Shown here: piece after piece, positions 40,301 through 52,219 of the stretch
Layout of the letters: each line of letters begins with the position of its first letter
Numbering within the stretch: the stretch's first letter is position 1
Assembly: GCA_977016875.1 (NCBI GenBank)
Contig: CDRNST010000006.1
Coordinates: forward strand, 806,001-870,000
Origin: Pavona decussata
Taxonomy: Eukaryota
Length of the DNA: 64,000 nucleotides
Reading direction: 5' to 3'
Notes under the pieces: generated by a model
The model's input: only the letters and a program-made list of their open reading frames with translations
Told to the model about the DNA's origin: nothing
Databases searched by the model: none
Position numbers and translations under genes: made by a program

Positions 40301-42418
40301 AGAAAAAACTTAATCTGGCCAGTTAGTCTTCATCGACGTTTATGTTATCGTGCCAACCAATTTTTGACTGGCAGGGTTTTTCTTTTCTTTTTAGAAAATA
40401 AATTTTCTTCCCTTTTGTTTTTTTAAACGTTCTTAGCACATAGAGTAATTTCTTTATTGGTTTTGATTACTTTTTGTTCAATTTCGGCGCTTGCCTAAGG
40501 TTTAGAGAAAATCCAGAAATCCAAGATTTCGGCTCCCAGATTGCCGCGATTTGGGAATCCTGGTCTTAGTACCACGTGATTTGACGTCATCAATTTGCAT
40601 TGTGGACTTCAATGGAGACATCTTTGGACGTACTAAATATTCTCTAAGTCTCAGTGTCGTAGTTTTAATACTTCTAAAGTTATGGAGGGGGGCCGAATTT
40701 CCCCCCCCCCCCTCCCGGCCCCAGAAGACCAAAAAAAAAAAGCCCGGTCTAGACGGTCTAGATAGAGTAAAATAACACAAGAAGCGATGGCTGAAAGGCT
40801 TGCAAAAACGTGAAGAGTGTTATAGCTTACGCAAGAAGCTCACAGATCGGTTATAGCGAAAAGCATGCGCATAATCGGACAAAAAATGGTGCCTTGGAGT
40901 CATCGAAACATCAGTTAATACTATACTCATCTGTTTTTATCTTAAATTGTTTATCAAAAACCCCGTTACTAAATCTCACCTAAAATTTACACGGTATTAG
41001 AAATCAACCTTAAGTTTCATTGTCGCAGTTTCAATAAGTAAGTAAACGGCGAACGACGGCCACCCTTGGCAGATCCAGCTTCAGACTTACCCTTTTTTAG
41101 TATTTGGATTCAACATGATTCGTTGAGGTAACTACAAGTACGAGCGAGCGTTGGATTCGAGATGATAGATAGCCAAAGAAATACTCATCGCCGAGCTAGC
41201 CATAATCAACTCGTTTCCATCAAGCACGAGCGAAGTAATTTGTTTTTGTCAAAAAAGAAAAAAAAACAGCAATGAAAAGTTTCTTAATCCTCCTACTTTA
41301 GAGATATTTTTTTTTCCGCAGGCACACTAACTTAACCTTATTTGTGGGGCATAGTGTCATGGATCATATACCATGGCTGCTAAAGCAATCAAGACCCTGG
41401 AGTAACATTATCCCATAATCCCGCTGTTTTAGAATTAATAACTGATGTGCATTTCATTGCATAATAATTTACCAAGACGTCAACTGATTGGACAAAAGTA
41501 GTATTGTAACATATACGATCAAGGACTGTTCCGACAACTTTTCGTACCTTAGGCTAACTTGGGGTATCTCTCCATCTGCTATCTCAAAGAACATTTCAGC
41601 GAAGGCGCTTCTCCTATCTTTGGCCACAGTCAACTTGAGAACATACGTTTTGCCAACTGTAAATTTAGTAGTGTCGATACTTACAGAAGTGGCATTGGCA
41701 TTTTCGTTAGTGAAAGCGCCAAAGCAGTCATAACTCACGGACGTATTATCTCCTGAATCAGCACAAGACCAAGTGAAATTGAGCCCACTGTGGGTTCCAG
41801 GACCAATGTCTCCGTCATAACTCAGAGATCCGTCTACTGTTACAGTTTCAGTAGATCCCCAACGGACGCTGCTTCCACCGTCAATAACAGCTCGTATTGG
41901 GCCTGCAATGCTTTCAATAAACCCATAATCAAAAGCCTGAAGAGTCTGTGGGGAAGATGGATCACCCAGTTTTATCGATGCCGTAAATTTCACTTGATAA
42001 ATACCAGCTGCAATAGTTCTCTTGTCTATGATCCATTCAGCGGTGCCCTGGCTTACTAATCTTCCCTCTGCTGACTCCGAAACTGCGAGTTCTATTTCAC
42101 TCACAAGACGCCACTCTAGCACACTTTCCAATACAGTTGCACCTTCGGGTAGGCCTTCAAAAAGTGCCTCTTGGATGCTTTTGACCGATCGCTTCACAGT
42201 AGTGGGGTGATATTTATCTTTAGAAATGTTTCTTATGAATACCGAAAAGTCTCCTGTTGATAAATTGATTGAATGTTATGGCAGTAAAAACAGAACAACA
42301 CTCCATTAGCTACAAGATGGATTTCATTTCACAATTGGTGTATTAACCAATATTTGCTGAACCTGAAGGGAATGATTGTTTTAGTAGAATTACTCAGGTG
42401 ATAGGCAGATTGTCACGC

Positions 42419-42467
<49 letters not shown>

Positions 42468-45400
42468 TACTTTTAGCGTCATATCAATACTTGCTCAAAA
42501 AATGATAAAAAGAAAGATTGGAATATCAATATCGAAAATCACATTATCTAAAAAAAGGTTTTTAATGCAAAAATCACTATTTAAAAGCCATTTTAAAAAG
42601 ATGATTTTTCTATGGAGCTGCAAAGTCTTAAATCCAAAGGTAGACTGTTCCACATTTTCGGTGCAGCTACTTCAAAGACACAGTCAGTCCCCATAAGGAG
42701 ACTATAGCCTGTGGACAGACTTCCCTGGCTGCATAGTCCAAAAATCTATACTAGATTTCTTTGTTGCCCATTTTGTACCTTACAATATTATTATTATTTT
42801 TGTTTTTACCTGAAAGCGGACTATAAAACATAAATCTTGTGTTATAAACCTCAAAATAGTTGTTTTCCACTAACCTAAGGGTTCACAAGCCAATCCGTTT
42901 CCAGTGTAACCTGTCCGACAACTGCAGGTGAAGGAACCTTCATTATTGAAGCAGTGAGCCACTCCATGACAGTTATGAGTTGACGTAACACATTCATCGA
43001 TATCTGAAACGTAAGAGGTAATGGTGGTGGCTGTATTTCTCGTTGATAATTATTACTTGCGTAAATACCTAGTTTGAGGAAGACTCTGTATTCATTGCAA
43101 GTAGTAAGTTGGCACTTCCATCGCAATTTCGTCGATTAAAGTGGTATCGTCGGGGAAACATGGTTTTGTTTTGGTGAAAATCACACAAATATTTGACAAA
43201 GTAACCCTGCTTAAGAATGAAATTGGTTTAAGAGAACCAAGAACAATATCCCAAGTGTATCACTCGACGGAAGTACAGACCGTGGTCATTTTTTTTTTTT
43301 TCTGCAATTTTTCCAAGTCACAAAATATACAGTTGACAAAGAAATCCCATATAATCGACCTTCAATCCATTTCCATCCTGGCAATCAAATGCACTGGTAG
43401 AAGAATTGTCAAAGAAAATGAATAAGGCTATTCCAGGGAGATTATACTTTAAAATCTTTTTTAATGTTGTTCAAATCAAAGAGGCGACTCCAACAATCAA
43501 AGTAGTAACATCATTAAGTAACGAGCGTCTTTACTTTCAAAGGCAAAGACTGTAGGACTGAAGCTTTCCCAATATGTATCCCAAACAAGTTAACACCACT
43601 ACAGATCTTATGAAAGCAGTCCAGCAGCGTTTAATTTATTCGCATGGTCATAATGTGCACGTCATTAAAAAATATCCTCACGGTTTTCAAACATCTAAAA
43701 TGGGTAGAGATTAAATCTTGACCATAAAATACTTTTAGCTTACATTGCCAGAAATTGGGGACAAGATGGCGGCCGCGCGTGCGCACCTAGGTCCTAATGG
43801 CGGCCAAATCGTGTAAGAAAATGTATGGAGAGATAAAAACTTTCTCAAAAAAAGCCAATACGAGCTCACGGGTCTTCAGTGCGCGACTTGAATTATGATT
43901 AGTACAGTAAGAGCTACGTATTTCATTGTAAAACGGCTGAATACACATAGGTTCACTTACTTCCCGAGATGATCACTTTCATCGTTCATTTAACACACCA
44001 TTTCCCCATACATTGTATTAAAATCTTGCTGAAGTCATGCCAAACACTCGTCCATTACAGTCTGAACCCTTCGATGGAGTCAATTTGCGCGACTCGATAT
44101 AAATTCATCAATGTCTAGTGCATTTAAATCCACTGAAAAAAGTATGAATATGTCCCTGCAAAATGCTTCCAAAATCTCTCATTTTCCCATCTCTATTCCA
44201 GTGAACGGACGCCATTTTCAAATGCCTCATTTCGGCCGAAGAAGGGAAGGAAAGACTGCAAACTCGGAACTTCTTTCCAGCCGCCATTTTGTTTGTTGCT
44301 ATAGTCCAGCGATGTTTGACGGGATACAATTAGGCTCCAGACCCCCAATTTATAAACCAGGCTTGGTTCTTTAGCAAGTAAATACGCGGGAAAAACGAAC
44401 ACTAATTTTAAGAGTGTGCCGCCGGTATCAAAACAAAGTAAAAATGTCTGAGATTCTTGACGCTTACAAAAAACAGAAGCAAGAATGGGCACTTAAAGTA
44501 AATTCAGAATGTAAATAGGTCGAGTGAGCTCAGACTGCTTAAAATATGGTATGGAACACGTTTCGCTCGCGCGCCGCCATTTTGAAAACGAGATACCGCT
44601 GTTAATTAATCGCGGGCGTGAAATGTCCCCGATTTCTGGTAATGATTATATTGAGGCAAACGATGTATCACCTTGTGGCTACTTTAAAAGACAACAGTCC
44701 TCTCACCTAAACAGTTGAAGCCGTCTCCTGAATATCCTTCAATGCATGTACAGAGAAAAGATCCCACTGCATTAGCACAAGTGGCAAGGCCGGAAGCGCA
44801 GCTATGGGTATTGGAAGTACATTCGTTAACATCTGTAACGAAACCAATAAGCCAATATGTTAAAACGACAAAATATATTTCTAGCTACTATGTATAATGC
44901 TGGTAATGATGCTCATGCTGATGGTTACGATAATGATGATGATGATGAAGGAGACCAGAGGAAAGAGGATAATTATGACTATAGTGATGGTGGGGGCGAT
45001 GGTTGATGGAGCAATCCCCACTTGATTCTCACCTGAACAAGAAGTGCCGTTTCCTGAAAAGCCTTGATTACATGTACAGCTAAAGGATCCATTTGTGTTA
45101 GTACAAGCGGCATTAACATTGCAAATGTGTGCATTTGAGGTACATTCGTCAATGTCTGTAAAAGAATTCCAAAAAGACAAAATGTTATGAAAAGACTTCG
45201 CATTTTCCTTCATAGATAACTACAACAAATTCCTACCGGAACAGATTATGCCATCTCCTGAATATCCTGTATTGCATACGCACTCAAAAGACCCAATAGA
45301 GTTGGAACAAGTAGCGTGGGCATCGCAATTATGTGTGTTCGTGCTGCATTCGTCAATTTCTATGTCAGATAGAACAAAGGATAATAGTATAAAATGAGTT

Positions 45401-45546
45401 TCAAGCAATGCTATGGGTACTCGTTGTACATTCGTTGAGATCTGTAACGAAACCAGTAAGCCAATATATTAAAACGACAAAATATATTTCTACGGTGTAA
45501 AATGTTGGTAATGTTGCTCATGCTGATGGTGACGATGATGATTATA

Positions 45547-45598
<52 letters not shown>

Positions 45599-48500
45599 CG
45601 ATGACGATGAGGAGGATGATGATGATGATTATGACTATAGTGGCGGTGGGGGCGATGGTTGATGGAGTAATCCCACTTGATTCTCACCTGAACAGAACGT
45701 GCCGTTTCCTGAAAAGCCATGATTGCAGGTGCAGCTAAAGGATCCATTTCCGTTAACACAAGTAGCGTTTAGATTGCAATTGTGTACATTGGTAGTGCAT
45801 TCGTCAATGTCTGTAATAGGAACCCAAAGAGGCAAACTGTTATGAAAAAACTTCACATTCTTGCTTCATGTAAAACTAGGGCAATTTTCTTACCTGAACA
45901 GATTATACCATCTCCTGAATATCCTGTACTGCATACACACTCAAAGGACCCAACGGAGTTGCTACAATTGGCATGGACATCGCAATTATGTGCGTTTGTT
46001 CTGCATTCGTCAATTTCTATGTCCGAAAGACAGTGTTAAATGGTATAAAATATGTTCTCAAGAAAAAAATCTATTGTTGGACCATTTTTTGTGCATTTTA
46101 TTCATTCCTTTTTGCTGTTTGTTAATGACATAATTAACTGTGAACGGTTTCAACGTTGTAACTTCTGAATATAATTGTTAGGATCATCCCGATAATAGTT
46201 CATTTATCAGCTAACCCGGGAAGTCTGTTAAGTAAAATTTACAAAGTTTACCAGCTCTGAAAACGCACTACAACTATTTAACACAAACAGTTCAGCATCT
46301 AAGAAAACTGAAATTCTGATTAAATGACAATAAGATAAAATTTTTTGAAGAGAGAGATAAGAACTGAAACCAAAACTTAAATTGTAACCACGTCATAAAT
46401 TTTATGCTGATTTTTATTTAACAATTAGATTATGAGCTCGAAATTTCTATCGCGTGATAGTTGATGAGGGCGAAGTCCAAATCAACTATCACGCATGGAA
46501 ATCAAGAGCGAATAATCTAATTGTCTTAGTATAATCTACTAGTCGTTCAAAATTTAACAACAAGACAGGTTCACGTTTTTCTTGCATAATGATATAAACA
46601 GGTCACGCCACGCGCTACTCACTCTACTCACTATATACAACAGAATAGATAGTAGCATTCGTGATAGAACGCAAGTAGATTTATACTAATTCGGGATAGA
46701 CAAAAACTCTAAATTTAGTTTTCCCAATATCAAACTAACGCTTACTTTATCACAAGACGTGAAACTACAATGTCATAATTGACGTGTGCAGAGGTCAAGG
46801 TTCTTTTTGCCGCACACATAGTTCACATCGGGTTGATGTAAAAGTAAAAGTAAAAGTAAAAGGGACAAAAAAGAAAGAATACCTTCATATACTTCCACTC
46901 TGAAATTGTTCCAAAAATTTTGAGTTATTGGGTGAAACCGAATGTATCTTGCTAACACTGTCACTGGCAAAGTTTGTTGATCGATAAAATAGTTATCACC
47001 TTGTCGGGTAAACACCTATATTTGAACAAAAAAAAATGAACATTAGCCTCGAATCATGCCACAGATTACGTACATATATATAACAATTTTTTTTAATCAG
47101 CCAACATAGAAATCATCTTAAAACACCGGACGGTTTGCATCTGGACACAACTTCTTTCTCCTACCTCCATTACTGTAAATCGGACGTCACAAGATATTTG
47201 AATCAGATAACAAGCTCTTACCCTGGTGGTTGGCATAGGTGGAGAGCAAAATATTGTTCCAACTGATATGCACTTGTTATTCAATTCTGAAAGCTACTGC
47301 TGTTACTCTGGAAGTTTTATACTGAGTTTGATGAGCGAGCGAGGCTCCACTGTATTTTTTCCTGTAGTTTCTCAGCCCGTGTACTGTTTTTTATTAATTC
47401 ATTAATTAACTAATTAATATTACCATAATATATAGCTGTAGGGGTGTTCAAATTCATGTTCTCTTGTTAAAATCTCGACCAGCAGGAAAATTCATGAACA
47501 GCTACTAATGGATTTAGAACGGAAGACCAAATTACTTCCTCGTCATCACATCCACTTATTATCGCTTTTACCTTCGCCTCTATATTCACCACTACCACTA
47601 CCACTACCACCATCATCATAGTCATCATCATCATCATCGCCTTGAAGGGGAAGTATCATGGGGTTTTTTATATCTTTTGTTAAAAATGATGAAATAAGAC
47701 CTTCAATCAGCTGCCAAATAATTATACAATGGCGAGACGAAAGGAATCAACTCAATTCTTGAAAGGAACAACTCGTGACCTGTTCTAGCACATTTTGGAA
47801 ATAAATATGCGAGAACTTGAAAAACATTAGCCTAACATTTTTCAAGTTTCAATCCAGAGGCCCTAATCGACAGTTTTATTGGACTGGAGTGATAATTTAT
47901 AACAAACTTGACAATTATTTCGTTGTTTCCTGCTGACAGACAAACATTATTTGGTTTTGAAATGACAGCAAATTTACGTGATATTTCTCTTTAAGCATCC
48001 TTGTCGTCATCATCAAAACCATATTGTGAAATTTAAATTTCTTTTATAATCGGCAATTCAGCAAATTTCTGCCTCGCGTAAGGAAACTAATGTATAAACT
48101 CACCACTTGCGTTCCATTCCCATACGTGGTATTAGTCCATGATATTCCATCAGACGAGAAAGAAAGGTAGAAGTCTATAACCCACTCATCACCATCAACA
48201 TCCCCCTGAGTTTCGACAGCGCATGCTTCAACAGTTCTTCCAAAATCCACCTGAAGCCAATCGAAAGGGTTTTTACCTTTTCTCGGCGACCAACCATCGC
48301 CTCTAGTATCATTTAGCCGACCGTACTTAGGTAGCCAACCACTGGAATAATAGCTAGAAGCATTCATCTGATTATCGGGAATTATATTTGGATCAGCGAC
48401 ACCGACAGCATGATGGAAGCAGCCTATCAGTGAATAAGGTCAGATGGTTAGTGGTTTAAGCATACGAGCCTTCTATCTGCACTTTAAGGACGGCGTCTCC

Positions 48501-50531
48501 TAATGCAGAGATATTTTTGCGCGGCTCATGACTGTGCGGGAAAGGCAGACCTTAGCAAGGGCTTTCAAAATCCAAAAATATAATTGGGATTAGCCACGCA
48601 TTTGCTAGAGATTATTGAGTAACGATAATTCTAAAAAGCTTTCCGATAAGTAAAAAATAGGTGGGAGTTTGTTTTTCTTTTTTTCATTCTTTTAACGCTC
48701 AAGACCTTCTTGTACCGCATAGTCATAAGCCGAACAAAATTTATTTGAGTTCCTTGGACTTATAAGATATGCACAGAAATTATGCGCACTAGGAAAAGGA
48801 GGCAACGTTGTGTTATTAAAAAATGACATAAAGTTTTGCCAGCTTTTGAGGCTACAAATGGATTTAATGTGTGTGAAAAGATTAACAGGTTCTGGGTTGA
48901 AAAATGGAGAAATTAAAATAAAGAGAAGGGGGGTGGGGAAGAGGTTCAAGGTTTCCACCGAGCGAAATCATGACCAAACCCCATATAAATAAATATCATC
49001 AGCTCACGTTTTGGACACTAGAGGTGACATTTGTGGATGTACTGTTTACCGTGCAACTTCCATTGCCGGCTATAGCTTCAACACACTCACGAGGTGGGCA
49101 GAATTTACAACAGGCTCCTCCCCAGCACTTGATTTTGAACACTCAACTCTTCTAGAAAATTCAATCTTACTAGGGTTAAGTTACTCCAAATGAGGTACAG
49201 TAGTGGGATAGGAATAATGCTGCAGGTTGGCGATGTTTTCATCAAATAAAAGCTACTTTTTTACCTTAATTTGTGTAATAAAATCGGTTAACGGAACAGT
49301 GGAAGACCAGCGTTGTAGCCATTTACATAAGCACCACTTGCTTACAAGGTTGTCGAAGGAATTGCATAGAGATTTAGAATTGCATATTGTGCAGACTCTT
49401 TGAAATTACCAATAGGCCGATGATTTGTCTCGTGGTCCATTTTGTCTCAATTCTAAATCTTTGTCACTATTAACGAAAAAATCATAGAATAGCAAAACTA
49501 TATACCTTTAGTTTTTCAAACTGAAAGGGAAAAAAAAAAGACAAAAGGAAAAAAAATAACCCTAAAACGGCAAACGGCAGAAATGACCACGTGATTATGC
49601 TTGTCTTATGTTTGCCGCCCGCTGTTTTCAGTTTCTCAGTAAAATTGATTACTTTCCGTTAGCATAAAGGTCACAATTATTGTGATCTATTCTCATCTAA
49701 CCTATGTCACTGCATGATATTATAAAGGAAATACAGGGAGATGTATCTGGGGCTCAGATTTTTTCTGTGTCCTCTTATGGTCGATTCTTTACATCTCCCT
49801 GTATTTCCTTTATTCTCATCTATACACTTTATTTTTCAATAAAACGTAAACAAGAGTTTACGTTTTCCGTTTGCAGTAAGCGTCGTTCAAAATCTTTCTG
49901 TGTCGACTATCCTTCCTCAAACTTCCAAATAATTATATGACCGCACGCGTTGTAAACAAGTGCACTCACAGAACATAGTAACACTGATGTGAATCTGTCG
50001 TTCGCTGCGAGTTAAATACGCACGAAAGCAAAATCCTTGCCCCTCTAAAGCGACTCCCGACTTCCCTTTTTGATTCTCTGGTTTCATGAATGTGGAGTAA
50101 ATTTAAGAGAAAAGAAAACAAACTTCAGCTAATTCAATTAAAATTAGAAAATATTCCATTCAGCGGGATGATTTCTGGCTGAAAGTTATTGCAACCAGTT
50201 TGTTTGATTGCTCTGCTATCAGGCTAGTCTACTATTACGTATTGGTTCCTGTGTTAGGAGTTATTTTCATTCGCAAAAAAATATGTCAAATTCGTGTTGA
50301 CATCTAGATACTTTAGTTGATGAATTCAGCCATATTTATTGAAAAACATACCTCCTTCAACGACAATTCCATTTGACAACGCCAGCAACCCCCACATCAA
50401 AAGCCATAAAGTTGTTTTCTAGGAATGAGTAGAGCAATTCTTAGAAAAAAAAAAACCTTGAAAAAGATGTACAGACTTTACTTAATCTCATGGCCTACCT
50501 TGAATGACAATAGAGATTCCTCAACGTTCAT
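26528..50531 (-). CDS. PKD1L2-like: Polycystin-1-like (PKD1L/REJ family) protein, copy A: SP-F5/8C-6xcbEGF-REJ-GAIN/GPS-PLAT-PKD channel
   Basis: GT-AG exons in consistent phase: 50499-50531, 50352-50418 (signal peptide KTTLWLLMWGLLALSNG), 48104-48423, 46883-47015, 45894-46016, 45688-45810, 45237-45359, 45033-45155, 44707-44832, 42875-43003, 41548-42253, 37237-37813, 36527-36742, 35627-35758, 34517-34711, 33726-33950, 32432-33142, 31417-31653, 29613-30923, 28697-28865, 26528/26640-27979. Exact orthology is not established. Confidence 0.88.
26640..27979 (-). CDS. PKD1L copy A terminal exon: polycystin (TOP) domain and six-TM channel domain
   Basis: YEGGGY, WVDHQTRAVILEFAVFNANTNL, WNMVD and NMLVSVLNESY motifs. 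Confidence 0.92.
29214..29290. repeat. (TTA)n microsatellite
   Basis: About 26 perfect trinucleotide units in a PKD1L intron. Confidence 0.95.
29613..30923 (-). CDS. PKD1L copy A exon: PLAT/LH2 domain and following TM segments
   Basis: GTTANV, HDNSGENPSWF, FPVNRWLA, HLWMSVF and FTRVQR motifs. Confidence 0.92.
31417..33142 (-). CDS. PKD1L copy A GAIN/GPS exons and TM1
   Basis: CLYWSEDRDKWTSDGCK|VDPKSNSTHLVCRCNHLTSF contains the HL/T autoproteolysis site. Confidence 0.9.
34258..34347. repeat. Compound (AAT)/(CAT)/(ATT) microsatellite
   Basis: Direct reading of the sequence. Confidence 0.9.
34750..35182. repeat. tRNA-derived family 1 repeat: inverted 5' segment plus a direct unit
   Basis: A minus-strand tRNA-like copy lies at about 34750-34875 and a plus-strand copy at about 35015-35125 (GGTTCGACTCC). 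Both are homologous to 1-273. Confidence 0.65.
37237..42253 (-). CDS. PKD1L copy A REJ-module exons (41548-42253 and 37237-37813)
   Basis: DGSLSYDGD..LNFTWSC, YEWRL and GHCSPSSTEGVALETEFTFECFEWED motifs of REJ modules. Confidence 0.85.
38385..39523. mobile_element. Non-autonomous hairpin element with Crypton-like architecture (reverse orientation)
   Basis: A perfect 18-bp inverted repeat TTATTATTCAACACATTG (38385) / CAATGTGTTGAATAATAA (39392) directly abuts a hairpin at 39410-39523 with loop GAGGCCGTTGGCCGA. Confidence 0.75.
40178..40771. mobile_element. piggyBac-like MITE, same family as 14949-15388
   Basis: Termini are ..TATCTAGA / TCTAGATAG. It shares internal CTTTGGACGTA..TGTC(A/G)TAG..AAGTTAT blocks in the opposite orientation. 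Confidence 0.55.
42875..46016 (-). CDS. PKD1L copy A cluster of six calcium-binding EGF exons (phase 1-1)
   Basis: Each 123-129 bp exon reads D[IV][DN]EC....HxC...AxCxNxxGSFxCxCxxG[YF][ST]G[DN]GxxC. Confidence 0.9.
43140..44683. mobile_element. Possible old Kolobok-like insertion (TTAA|AGT...ACT|TTAA)
   Basis: Imperfect TIRs (AGTGGTATCGTCGGGGAAACATGGTTT versus the reverse complement AGTAGCCACAAGGTGATACATCGTTT). The interior is GC-rich with several CCGCCATTTT motifs. Confidence 0.35.
45526..45630. repeat. (GAT)n microsatellite
   Basis: Direct reading; expanded relative to the paralogous intron at 44905-44990. Confidence 0.9.
46419..46690. mobile_element. Non-autonomous hairpin element with Crypton-like architecture
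   Basis: Hairpin ACAATTAGATTAT..GTGATAGTTGAT-[GAGGGCGAAGTCCAA]-ATCAACTATCAC..ATAATCTAATTGT. The adjacent TTAGTATAATCTACT is complementary (1-nt indel) to distal AGTAGATTTATACTAA. Confidence 0.72.
46883..48423 (-). CDS. PKD1L copy A F5/8 type C (discoidin) domain, two exons
   Basis: IPDNQMNASS, GRLN, WLQVDFG, VETQG, ARYIRFHP and RVEVY motifs. Confidence 0.88.
47646..47990. mobile_element. Degenerate Kolobok-type MITE
   Basis: Ends are TTGA|AGGGGAAGTATCATG ... CGTGATATTTCTCT|TTAA, inserted in a CAT-rich tract. Confidence 0.5.
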
Positions 50532-51913
50532 TTTCACTTCCTTTAAAGTTGACGATCAATTTTAGCCTTGAACGGTAAAGTACCAGCTGTCCTAAAAAGA
50601 AAACCTACGCTGTTCCTGTTTACTTGGCTAAGCTTCCTCTTTGGAAGATTGGTGGACTCCTTGCTGTTCACAAAAAGAAACGGAAGAAGCTATGCATTTT
50701 TAATGGTAATTGCTTAAAGAACTTAGTGACAAAGCGAAACAAAAACAACGAAACAGAAAACAAAGGAAAATATTCCAGCAGGGAGGACTGCCAAAGAAAA
50801 GCAGTAAAAAAGAGAAGAAAACAAAAAGAGCTCAAGTGTCGCAATTTTTGGTTAAACTTTTGTTATCATATTGTACTTGGAAGTCGCAAGTACATTATCT
50901 ATTTAACGCAAATTTGAAAAGCTTTGACTGATGTTGGTGCCACATTACGCATTTACTGTTTACCAAGGAACACGTTCATTTATATTTGAAATTTTAACTT
51001 CGTGATTAGTGCCGTAGGTCTTTGAACAAAGAATGACAAGCACTATACGCCCTCATCACAAGAACTTAAATAAAATGAATTCAGTTGAATGTTAAAGAAA
51101 AATGTTCTTCATAGCCATAGCTAGAAAACGCCTGGAGAAACGTTTTTATTAGCCTCGACCGATTTTTGTATGCTTAAGACGTGGGAGATCATCTTAAGTT
51201 ATAATAATAGCATTGAACTAAAGAATGACGTTCGGTTTCCCTCCCAGCACGTTCTGTTATGATAACTAGGCAATAACACTTTTATTTCAAAACCATGATG
51301 ATTGGAAAGAACAAAACCTCTACAGGGATAAGTGGGGGTATTAATAAACAAAATAATTATCTGACGCTGCGACCACGAACGAGACATAAAAAAAGGATAC
51401 ATCAAAGCAGCCGCCCTGCTATTGTGCGAGAATGAGCTTGCATGAAAAAAAAACAAAGTATGTGGAAATACTTCTTATACAAAAGAATTTAACTACTATT
51501 AAGATGTTAAAATAAGTTTATTATGCTGCGTTTTATATTTGCTTCCATTGGGTGATTTGGTTCTCAAAGAAGTGGACCTATTATTGTCAACTGATGTTTT
51601 AAATTGTAACAGAGACCATCAGTTTAGCTTACAGTGATCAATGTTATTACTTTTTGGCGCCTTTGAGAGAGGTATTTTCAACAATATCGTGGCGAACATT
51701 AATTTCTTGGATGCTTCAAAGCAAGAGGAGACGGCCAAATCTTCCAAGAGGACTTTCTTAGCACTTACGAAAGCCGAAAACACCAGAATAGCCCAAACCA
51801 AAACAAAATACAACATAACAAACACGAGGAATGTCGGCGAAGAGAGGACAAAACATTGAGTACGTTAATAAAATGTGTTTGCATTCTCAGGTGTTCAAGT
51901 CAAGCTTTTAGCA

Positions 51914-52219
51914 TTAGAATCCATTCTGTTTCAAGAATTGTCTGTGTGTTTAACAAAAGTGGTTTTTAGGAAATCTCCTCAAAGTATTGAACAGATATCT
52001 TCAATGAGATTACGTATACAAAGCACGTCGTTACAACGTTTATAATTTGTGTTTGTTTCTTTTTGTTTCTTTTGGAATTAGAGTCCATTCTGTTTCAAGA
52101 ATTGTCTGTGTGTTTAACAAAAGTGGTTTTTAGGAAATTGCCTCGAAGTATTGAACAAATATCTTCAATGAGATTACTTATACAAAACATGTCGTTACAA
52201 CGTTCATTATTTGTGTTTG
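51914..52219. repeat. Tandem duplication, 2 x about 164 bp
   Basis: TTAGA(A/G)TCCATTCTGTTTCAAGAATTGTCTGTGTGTTTAACAAAAGTGG occurs at 51914 and at 52078. Confidence 0.88.

Noticed and set aside
47093-47284. Extra exon within the F5/8C domain
   Set aside because: The domain is complete when 48104 is spliced to 47015, and this segment has no discoidin motifs.
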